A stretch of 64,000 nucleotides of DNA from Tubiluchus corallicola (taxonomy: Eukaryota; Animalia; Priapulida), in assembly GCA_030141605.1 (NCBI GenBank), contig JAQGDQ010000660.1, forward strand, positions 53,053 to 117,052, given 5' to 3'. The notes under the pieces were generated by a model that saw only the letters and a list, made by a program, of their open reading frames with translations, had not been told where the DNA came from and searched no databases. The translations under genes and the position numbers were made by a program. Shown in pieces: positions 30,101 through 42,100 of this stretch. Position 1 is the stretch's first letter; every line of letters begins with the position of its first letter.

Positions 30101-33100
30101 TTTAATAAGTAATGCCACTTTAACACAAAGTAGTTTCTTGTATTTTATGTGTTACCACTTATTGAATTGGCAATTGTTGAGTTCTATTTGGGTTTATTAC
30201 TACAACTAACATTTCTGTAAACATACTCATTGCGCATTCTCATTAATACAGGTTCAAATGTGTCTCAGGTTGATTCATATTTTCTTATAAGTCCATTTAA
30301 GCCCAGTGACAGAGACATTACTGTGCACAAATTTACTATGGATGCAGAAAGGAACACTAGTTTAACGTTTGACAATTTACCTCCTGATGTCACATTGAAG
30401 GTAAAGATCATTGTGTACATATGTTTTTCAAAACTGTGTTTTTTAGGTTCGCTTTAAAATTTCACCCACTAAAAGTAAATTCATATCAATTATTGTAGTT
30501 TAACAATATTACCAAAGTTGCACTATGAGACGCCAAATAATAAGCAGTTTTTATTGTAGGTTATATTTAAATGGAAAGATAGACCGGTACTTGAAGATTT
30601 TGCAGAAAAAATAAATTTATTTCGTATTCCTGTGTCTCGAAGTGAAGGTGTGACTAGTGATATTCCTTTGCATAGTATAAATCTCTACAATGATAGAACG
30701 ACAACATCTGATTTGTACATTGGAATAATGTTTGAATCCTACGGTGATGAGTTATGTGGCAAACCGACTAAACGTTGCAGGGAAAAAACAGAAACGTGCC
30801 AACTTAGTGGGAATAATAATACGTGCCAGACTATGGATCAGTGTATGTCCGGTCAACAGTGCTATGATGGTTGGGTAGAACACTGTGTTCAAATTTCTAC
30901 AAAGTGTGAGAAAGCCATGACTAAATGTAGTAAAGCAGCTGTACTTAAGTGTGGCACTTTTGATGATTGTTGCAGAAGCAGTTGCAATGCTACTGCAAAT
31001 CCACCAGAATGCGAGTCTCATTGTGACGAAATGCAAAAAAATTGTACAATGGCTGCCAATGGCACGTGTGTTAGTGTAGAAACTTGTATACAAAACTCTG
31101 ATGGTGCTTGTGTAGAGACAGTGAAGAATTATCGTTTAAATGAATACTGTTTAAGCTTTTACTACAATTGTTCACAGCAACTTGAAACCGCCTGCAAGAG
31201 CACACTTAGGAATTGCAAGAAATCATGTTCAAATAATTTATGCAAACCTGTTTGTGACACCGCGTTACTGGACGAGTGTTTGCAAATGTGTCAAAGCGAT
31301 GCATCTAAATGCAAATCGCCAGTTGTAAAACGTTGCAGAGAAGAAGCTGTGGAAGCTGACAGCATATGTAAAGAGGTGCTTGAAACCAAAACTCCTGAAA
31401 TTGCAACAAATGAGCAGAAAAAACCTTCTGATTTGGGTATGTTATATAATAAATAAAAGCACAACCTATTCATTAAAACAAGCTGTAGTGTCTTCATGCA
31501 AAATTTGTGCAGCAGCACAAAAAACTGGACATGTTAATTTTCCAATTTTATTTTTTTAATTCTATGGTTACTAAAATAAACATCTACAGAGTTCTTTGGA
31601 AACATTCCTCTGTCAGATTAGCTATTCAGAATATAAACTTGCAACAAACATCAAATGAAGACATTTTAAAAATTTTTAGTTGCACTTGTCAGTGTTAATG
31701 AAAAGCCAAGCTTCCTTATGAACAAATTTAGATTACAAAGTTCTTGATGAATTTTTGGTGGACATGAGATATGAAAATATTAGAAAATGCAAATATTACT
31801 AATTAGACGTCCAGCTTGCTTGTTTTACAATTGTGGAAATAATTTGAATAAATATGAATATACATAAGAAAATAACTTGAAGATCAGGAAAAGATTGCAT
31901 TAATTATCAAAACGAGTATATAAGAGATCTTCTAATACAATTAAACTGTGTTGACAGGCGAGATTGTTGATTACCACGTTGCCACCTATACTGCAAATCA
32001 ACCAGATAGTGAGACTTCGGCTAAGGTGTCTGTCATCCTTCATGGCTACCAAGACTCTGGAGAACTGAATCTCGACATCTCTAAGTTTGCCCGTGGATCG
32101 TAAGACATAATATTGTCTGCAAGAAGCTTCAATTACTTATCAGAAACTGTGCAGAAAACAACTATTTACTTTAAAATTCTTGCAGATAGTTTATCGGCTC
32201 TATCGTCTCCTACCATGAGCTCTCATGTCTTGTTTGAGAAAAACTCGTTGTTATTGTTGTTTGTTTACAAAAAAGGCTTGTCTTGTTCAATCAACTAGTC
32301 TCTGCTACATATTATATATCTTTAATTGCTTACATAGTGGGCTAGTTTCATGCATAGGTACAAGGTTTGCTTATAATATTTGCATCTGCTTTTAATACTT
32401 AGCTCTTCTGATGAAATTTTAATACTTATAATGGAATTTTTTGTAATTTAAGTAAATGATTATATTGCAGAACTGACACATTTGAATTTAAAATAGCATC
32501 AATAGGAATGGTATCGGCTGTTAGTATCTGGCATGACAATTCAGGTGGAGGAGCTGATTGGTTGCTGGATAAAGTACGTAATTTATGATTTCAATGCCTA
32601 ATAGTGTTTAGCATCAAATACCTATATTCGAACAAATATTGTGATTCAAAATTCAGTTTGAACTTAGAAAATGTCTGACCAAACAAATTTGAATTATTTG
32701 ATAAAAAATAAAAAGTAATAGTTCAGTTTGTAATGCTACTTTCTGTAATAATAGCTTGTTACCAGTCTAAACAGTTTACGTTTTCTGCCCTCTTGTGTGA
32801 CTTCCATTTTTAAACTTCTTTTTGCAGTAGTTTACATTCATCTAAAACTATTGCATGGGAAATGCAGCATTACTTTCAAACTTGAAGGTGGGACAGTGGC
32901 TTGTTGATATTGCAACTGTAAATGTTAAAGCAAAATGTAAAATAAAAGTTCATTTGAAATTAATGAGAAATAACAAGACAATATTTATATATATAGTAGT
33001 GCAGCTGATGAAATTACAGTATGATGACTGACAATAATTTACAGTATCTTAAGCACCTTTTTTTGCTTTTTACGTAAAATTTCCAAAAATTATCTTTCTG

Positions 33101-36100
33101 TAGACTTAATTCAGGTATGGGTAGGACAAACATTCATACCTCTCATTTTACAAGTTCCTGGTTTTGGCAAATATTGTAGAATGTATGTGTATAGAATATT
33201 GTGTAATATTTTACAAAGGAAAACAGCATAATTTTTCATACCTTACCCCATTTTAAAGTATAGTAAAAGTATACAGTAAAATTCAACACCTATAATATTA
33301 CCAAAGTACTTCTATTAAATAAATAATAGTAACAACATCACGACAGAACATAACTTTCAGCAGAACAATCATTCCATGAGCACATTGCATGTGTTTTGTC
33401 GGAAGCAAAAATTGAAGCACAGTTATATCTATAAATATTCAGGGTTGTTTGCAAAACCTCGCAAATTGTACGCTTAAAATTCAAATTTAAAGTTTACCAC
33501 TGTGCTCATGCATGGGCTCTCAAACATGTGTACTGAACTCCTCTGAACTGAGAGGTACAGCATCTGTTGTTTGCATCGCATTTCCCAGTTGCAGGCATTA
33601 GTGATTATCTAACTAGCAAATGACGAAATGCATGTAACAGCAAAGTACTAACTGCATGAACATGAAATTATAGTTTTGTGGTAATAAAATATTCTCGTAA
33701 GTCATTTTTGGAAAAATAGTGTTCTCTTTCAATATTTTGTAAGATAGATTGTTTTAAGCTATAATTTAAAATGTGATTTTTGAATAGCAATAGATGGATA
33801 TACAATGTATTTGCATTAATAAAAAAAGTTTCGCTAGTTAGTATGGTTTATGTCTTTTCTTGTTGTTTTTTTAATCTTTATATTCAGGTGGCAGTATATA
33901 AAGGTTACCTGCAGTTCACCTGTCCTTGCAGGACATGGCTACGGGGCAGTGTCAATGAGAATCTACAGAAAATTCCTTGCTTCCTTAGTGCTAATACCAC
34001 ACCTACAGGTAATATAGAAATGTGGTTAAGTAGTTCTCATTAGATGCTTTTGAAAATGCTGAAATTCCTGTGATAAGTTTATGTGGACATTTATAGTGAA
34101 GTGCTAGACTGATGCAAATCTAGATGTTTTTTTTGCGTTAGAGCTAAGACTTGTTAGTTTTTGTCTTATGATTTTTTTGAGAGTGTAGTGCTGCCTTTAA
34201 GTTCTTATTGACTTCATAATTTTTCTAATGATCAGTCTAGATATAGTTCCATCATCAGGTACATGATTTGTACATGTTTGTGTTTATACATTTATGCGTT
34301 TTATGATTTGTGCTTCATCATTTGAGACCACTAATTATATTGCTAATTAAATACTGATGGCAATAATAAAAATTGGGTTGGTGATGCTGCTGCTGCTGAT
34401 GATGATGATGGTGATGGCGATGACGTCCACGACAATGATTGACAGTGATGATAATGAAGAGGAGGAAGAGAGGGAGGATGAATCATTGGTCAAAGCATGA
34501 AACTGCATGATGATTGGACCTAGCATGGGTGGTCCTAAGTTTGCTATGATGTGCTCAATAAGGGTGACAATACATGACACCAACGAATTCCATTGGTTGC
34601 ACTGCTCAGTAAATTTTTGTAATTTGGTTTCCAAGAAAAACAGTTCGAAGTTTGCAGGAAAGTACTGGTTTAACAGCAATTTTATTAGCTATAAAGAGAG
34701 CTCAAGCTTGAAAGGACAGGGACTTATATGGAGATAAGGCTTTGATTTTATGATTTCTACCTACCAAGAATAATGAACAACACAGTTGTGTGCCCATTGG
34801 GGTAGTGTGGCATCTTTGAGGTACTTGCTACAGTGACATCTTTGAACTATTGTAATGAGTAGAATGCAAAACTAAAGGCATGATTGTGTCAATATGAGAT
34901 TGATTTTTATCCTAATAGCTCGAACAAATTGCTGATTAAATATACGAAAGAGCTAGGCTCTAGAAATTAAAGTTGTTTATTAGATGTAGACGATCGTTTC
35001 AACAGCAACTGTCATTTTCAATGCTATAAATCAAACCACATCAATTAATAACCAACCTAACCAAGAGATACAATAAATTGCATCATTACACAATGACAAG
35101 AGTGAAATTCAAATTGGCAGGATACGATTAGAAATAAGTTAGAAACAGGTTCTCGTGTAAAGAAAACTGTATCAAATCCAAAAGAAGTACTTTATATATC
35201 AGATTCAGGCAAAGAGATGTTCTTAATTATTTGGTGTTATCTTTGCCAAAATCTGATATACAAGGTACTATTTTTATGCTTTCTTTACAGTTTCCTTTAC
35301 ACGAGAACCTCTTTCCAACTTATTTCTCGTTGTATTCTGTCAATTTGAATTCCATTCTTGTGATTGTATAATGATACAGTTTATTGTGTGCATTGGTTAG
35401 TAGTGTCATAACTGAACTGATTTATATTTTCCTTGATTTATTACTTTGAAAATGACAGTTGCTGTCCATCTGTGTTGATAAACAATATGCTGAATTGCTG
35501 ATTTTTTTCTTTTCAGTGATATGTACTTGGTGCGTATTTAGACAGATTTGTTATAACACACATAATAGCAGATTGTGCAATTACATACATGCAATACTTT
35601 TTTTACTTGCCTTTAGTTTTTAGATGGCAGACAAAAAAAATCACAGTGGTCACCATAGCAATGCCACTTACCAATGCCCAGTCTGATGTGCTTTTAGAAC
35701 CTACGACAGGACAATGTACATAACAGGCTGTGTGTTACACACACTACAGCAACCTATTGTTCAAGCTAAGCTGCAGCTTGGTGGTGCATGAAATAATACA
35801 CATTTTTTACAAATTTTATTAGCGCACAATAATTTCATGTTCAAAATTTGCACAAGTATCATATTCCAGTTGGATATTTCATTGGCCTTTTAAAGATGTT
35901 GTCTGTTATTGTTTAAGTATTCAGATAATTTACTACTTGAGAAAAATGCTGACCCACAGTGGAAACTGTTTCTTTTATAATATAAACACCGTAAAACACT
36001 CAATTACTTTGCTCATAACACACAAAGCCTAAAAAGAGCTTGACATTAAATGTGATAATTACAAAATTTAAGACCCACACTCACTAAATCCATTGGCTGC

Positions 36101-39100
36101 TTTTATGAGGAAATACTCTTTAATAGGATTAACGAATATTGTGTATAAAGTGAAATTTCTCAACGGCCAACAAGTAATCCGGCACTATAATGAAACTTGT
36201 AATTGCACTCTTTGCAGTCTCATGATTAGTAAGAATAATGAATATTAGAAATTAAATAATACTACTGATGAATTATATGAGGTGACCATATTGTCTACTG
36301 CTAGATGGTTTTTCTTCTTAGGAAAAAAGAAAATGTTTGTAAATAGGTATTAGCGAATAGCTAAAATACAATTTTTTTGCAGAGCCACCACAAATTAAGC
36401 GTGTAAATTTTACCCTGTATTTTACTCAATTCCAATGTATCTACTGGAATGAATCCGGTGCATGGTCAGACAAAGGATGCTTGGTAATGACATTCGTTAC
36501 AAAAATTTTACATTTAGTGAGCATTTATTTTCTTTTCCAAAATAACTAGGATGGTTCATAAAAATGTAATTTGATTTCAAGATCCATGGTAACTTCAAAA
36601 CTTTGAAAAAATCCTTTGTAAAGAAAATGACTGTTTACAACTGATGGAAAATGTAGCTACTTTTCCTGCTATTTTATGAAAAATACAAAAATGAAATTAC
36701 AGATCATGAAATGACATAACATGCCAAGAAATCTGAAGTTATTTTTATAGTAAACTTTACGTCAAAGATTGCTAGTATTAATAACTTCCTGTAGGCAAAC
36801 TGTCATTGTTGGCTTCTTCCAAGATTAAACAAATGTTATCTGAGATGATTGTCGAGTAGTATGTTGTACAGCTTTCCCTGTAAGTTAGTTTTCAGTCATT
36901 TATGAGATAAAAGGTTAATTAAAGTAGAGTTACTGTTGGCTTATATGTCATGTCTTGACCATGTTCATACGTTACATCTTTTGATGGATTTTGCTGTTTT
37001 TAATTTATTTAAGATGTAAGTTAAAAAATAATATAATAATATAACAATCTTTACACATTTCTCACCAATAAAATACTATTTCATAACAACTATGATTTAT
37101 AAAAAATAATCCATTGTAATAAGTATGTTTAGTTGTATAAATGCTTAATACAATTCAATTTTTCTTTATTTCTCCAAAAGAGATAACTTGAAAAATAAAA
37201 AAACTAATAACCTACCGTGTGTTACTTAGGTTGGACCTTACAGATCTGCCCATCAGCTTCACTGTCAATGCTCTCACATGACATTATTTGGCGGTTTTGT
37301 GTATGACATGCCAAATCAGCTTCTTCCTCCATTGGCAAAACTTGTTCGAGGGTTTTTTGCTAATGGTCTTGTGCTTCTAGTGGTACTGGTAACCTGGATG
37401 ATTTTTTTCGTTCTTACACCTTATCTAAGCAGAATGGACGAAGAAGATGTTTTGCAGGTACATCATCACGATGCAATTAAGTGAAGTACTTGCTTGTCAC
37501 ATGTTTGTAAAATTTCTTCATTTCATTTTCTCAGCAATTTATTATTATACTAATTTTTATATATAAACCTATGATTAACGTTTCCGATCGATGATATTTT
37601 TTAACAGTAGGTAATGTCTTTTTTTCAAATATCATTCATTTTCACATGCCATGGATAATTGTTACAGATATTATTACAACACGCAGTTTTAGTTTACATT
37701 TCATCTGACATAGGTGGAGCTGTCATGTAAGTGAGCCTATCTTGTAATTTTAAAACACGTAACACTTTTGTAAAAAATGAAACGATTGTTTTTGTTAGTA
37801 TGTTTGTTTAATTAAAACTTTAATAAATCCTTACTCCCTAATTCACAAAAACATGGTCGGCTAAATGCGTCATTATTATCACGGATTTCTGAAGAGATAC
37901 AGGAAAAACAGCTTGCATTTATTACTCATCACATGATCTGTTTAATTTAATTGGTGAAGTGACATTTATTAAAAGAAATATTGTGAGAGTTTGAAAAATA
38001 TGGTAAATGATTGAAAATTTAATAAGCAAAAATGAAAAAAATAGGTACAACATTAAATTTTATTGGTGCTCAAATGTCTCGTACCAGAGTGTCCCATGCC
38101 CAAATGTTCTGTGACCAAGTGTCTCGTGTTCAAGTGTGCCCATGCCCAAACGTCCTGTGCCCAACACACATGTCACATACTAAAAGAAATAATATACTTG
38201 CATTTTTCTTATTATAATTAATTTATAGATTGAATAAACTTACACTTCTATTAACAGAGTAGCATGGTCATACTGGGAGATAACAGTCCACTTGACACTG
38301 GTGCCTATGTAATCACAGCATACACTGGACAGAAAATTGGTTCTGGTACGACATCACGAGTTACTGTTATTCTGAAAGGTATTTCTCGTTTGAACTATTT
38401 AATGGCGATTAGTTTTGCACAAAATTTAAAAAGACCCATCATCATCAGATACAGCCTTCTTTCAATAAATACATACAACACTTTGACATTTTTATTGCTA
38501 TTCCTGAGAAAATTTATTTATTTACGAAAAATGTCATTTTCTCAATGACTACTGAATCATTTGTGACAAATCCACGTCAAACAAACCATCTCAGTGTGTG
38601 GCTTTCCATTGGGGCTTTGTTTCCGATTAGAGGCCACGTTTCTATCAAAATTTCAGGACAGCAATGATTAAGCTGAAATTATTACAATGGTACCCTTAGC
38701 TTATTATTGTACTACAAGAAAAAGAAACCCCAGTTTTGCCTGCGTAACATTTTGCAACAGATATAACAATATGGAACATATGTCTTTGTCTAAGTCTTTC
38801 ACTAAGTTTGGGTGAAAGAACTTCAGTCCTATCGATTGTTGATTCGGTTTGCGAAAATGGTCTGCAAAACTGGAAAATTCGGCAAAAAGTGCTGAACCAC
38901 CAAGGCAATGACAGTTTCATTCTTCATATTATTGAGTATGATCTGTATTTAGATGATAAGATCAATTCTTCCTGAACACACATCATGCATTCTGCTTTAT
39001 GTACCTATGGCAGTGTTTGATACACAATGCACGATACACGAATGACTGCTATTCAATACACGAATGTAATGAAAGAAAATTAAGACATTTCCTATAATAT

Positions 39101-42100
39101 AGGATTGAAACAAATGCAAATTTGGAAAAGAATATTTTCCTACCAACTCTCTAATCGCATTAGAAATGTGGCTGCACATTCTGAAACCAGACACATGTGC
39201 AGACTGTTATATAAATCTTTGCATATGCGACGGCATAATCAGCTGCAAATTTACAAAATTTTAGGATGTAAAATAAAGGAGCTAATTGGGTTTATTAATA
39301 ATTTAGTCGGTGGTTTGTTTTTATTTATTTAAGTAGTAGATACATGTAGAAGCTGAAGAAAGTAGACGATACATACGTGTAGGTGATGCAAAAGTAGATG
39401 TAGATTAGAAATAGATGCCCCAAAACTGACCCATGATGTTTGACTCACTTTAAGGCCTGCTACCAGAACAACAAAGTTGGTGTAATGCTTCATATTTGTA
39501 TTTACCATTCAATGCTATATCTGTATTTTTATAGGTAGCAAGGGAAGCAGTTTCCCAACTATTTTGTACAGCAAAGAAAGAATAACTATGCAGAGAGGAG
39601 GTAAGGATTTGTTTTTAATGACAACAGCTTATCCTCTTGGAGATCTGACGGCATGTGAGATATGGCATGATAATCGAGGAGAAAGTCCTTCATGGTAAGA
39701 GCTTATTATGTGTAAAATATGAAATCTTATGAATGTATAAGCAAGAATTTTTGTGTCTGAGAGGGTTTAACTTTTTCACAAGAAGGAACTCGAGAAAATT
39801 GTAAGAATTGCCAGCAAGCTGCATTGTCACTGATTAGTGTATGAGTGTATTATTTCCCGCATCTTTAATATAAATCGAAATATCGCAAATTTGGCAGTTA
39901 TTTTTACTGTGAAATATCTAATTTTTCTGGATAGGTTTATAAAATTATATTTTTTAATACTTCCATCTCTTACGTTATGATCATGCTTAACATTCAAGTG
40001 ATGACAAATGTCACAATGTTATGCATGTTGTGTGAGGTATTTTCTCTTTTAATAGTTCTGAATTCTTCAATCATTATAACTTTCAGGTTTCTGAGTGAGT
40101 TAATTGTAAGAGATATAGTTGCAAATGAAACCTGGTTTTTTGTGTATAACAACTGGTTAGGAGCTGACAAAGGTCCCAGGACATATTACTTTGAGCTAAC
40201 GCCAGTATCGGAAGAAGAACTTAGGGTGTGTAATGTTATCCTTTTTCATCATTGATTTGCTATTTTGGTGTTTACTGTGTTTAATTTAGAATATAATTTC
40301 CATGCCATTCAGTTAGCTCCGCTTTTGAAACAGTAATTTCTAAAACTAAATTTTTGCAGCAATTCCGGAATCTGTTTGTAAGTTACTTTCGGAAACATAT
40401 GAGTGACAGCAATTTGTGGACAGGTCTGCTTTGGAAGCCTCCTGAGAGTACTTTTACTCGTGTTGAGGTGGGCGGTTGTAAACTACATTATATTTGCTTG
40501 CATTACTTATTCCAATTTTGTACCAAGTGTTTATGCGAAGACAATAGTATATAAACACTTGTGCTGTTCAATTATGTATAATTCAAGGTTTGGTATGGTG
40601 CATGTTAAAAAGCTAGTTATTAATGCTTTTGTGTGTGTTTACAAGATTGTCTGTGAAGGATAAGTGAAAATTAACAATATTTTATGTGTGATTATGTACA
40701 ATAATTGTAATTGTTATATTCTGTGTTGTTTTATGCATACTAACTTTTTTCTTTTTTGAATGTTTACACTAACTATTCCTTGTTATATTTTGTGGCTGCA
40801 TTTTTTATCGTACAAAATAAAAGAAGAACGATAATAATGATTTGCCTCAGATAGTAATCACTGATTAGTACCACTTGTATGAAAATCAGCTGCCTTTTTT
40901 CTTTAGCTTTTCTTGTTAGTTATACCTGGTTTCTTACATCGATTTTTCTGGTTTTCGTTTGCAGAGATTAGCTTGTGCTGTGTGTCTCTTAACTCACGCA
41001 ATGTTCTTTAACATCTTCTTCCATGGCTGGCCTAGTACTGATCCGGCTGATCAGTTTAAAGTTGACAAAATACGACTTACGCCAACAACAGTTATAATAG
41101 GTAATGGTTTAGTACTCTGCCTACATCATTAAGATCTCAGACATAAACTCATTTGTTCATGTGCAGATGTTTTGCTTAAACTATCGAGCTGTTTTGCTTG
41201 AAAACCATTGCTTTGAAATATTTTAACAGACTGTTAGGTAGATAGATAAATAGACAGATAGATGTTGCTTTACTTTTCACTTAAACCTACATAAATACAC
41301 TTTATGAAACTGAAAAGGAAAAATTTGTTGACAATATTTGATTCAGACTGATTATCCTTTCTTTGCCGATCTCATGTTTTAACACACATTTAACAAAATT
41401 AAAATAAACTATGTCAACTGGTGGTATCTCAAATTTAAAACGTAAATTTCTTGTGCCTCTGACATTGCTATTAACTATGTTGGGAAATGGTGTTTTTTTT
41501 CAATACACAAACAGCATACAGTATAAAAATAAAGGTCTATAACATAATAATGATCTTTCAGGTAAAACTATAAATTATTTTCCTGGGCTCAGTCCCGGCT
41601 TTTTTGTGTTTCCTTTCTTTTCTGACAACTTGGTATTTGCTCTTTTGCTTCATATGCTTTTGTTATTGCTGTTACATATTTAAATGGTTTTTCTTTGTCT
41701 TTTCAGGTATTATTTCAGGTGCTATTTCAATTGTCACCAGCTTCATTATTGTACTGCTTTTCCGCTTATCAGAAAATCGACCCTTTTTTAGCACCTGGAA
41801 AATGAAAGGGTGAGATTGTGTAGTTACTGCATAGTTAAATCAAGAATGTACATATCTGAAAATTGTCTATCCACCTTGAATTTTGATGTCAATTCACTTC
41901 TGTCGCTCAACTATTATTATTCACTCTCATTTTATAGTGATGTTATATTATACAAGCAGATATAAGTCTCTATAACAAATAGAGACTATTTATTATGCAT
42001 TATGTGTAATATAAAAAATGGTTTGCAAAAAATCAATACAGTACGTGCATACTTGTCTATTTGGTGTAAAATATAATTTCTTCTACTTCTTACAGAATTG

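Noticed and set aside
30752-31518. Minus-strand ORFs overlapping the Cys-rich exon (also 42797-43015, 63578-63859 and plus-strand ORFs over the RT)
   Set aside because: Antisense shadows of real coding sequence; no motifs.
34347-34737. Overlapping ORFs on both strands; also 59609-59884 and 11114-11395
   Set aside because: Low-complexity trinucleotide or dinucleotide tracts lacking stops by composition.
34984-35150. Additional exon between the outer PLAT and GPS
   Set aside because: The phase-1 frame hits TAA after about 21 codons; 34008 joins 36383 in phase without it.
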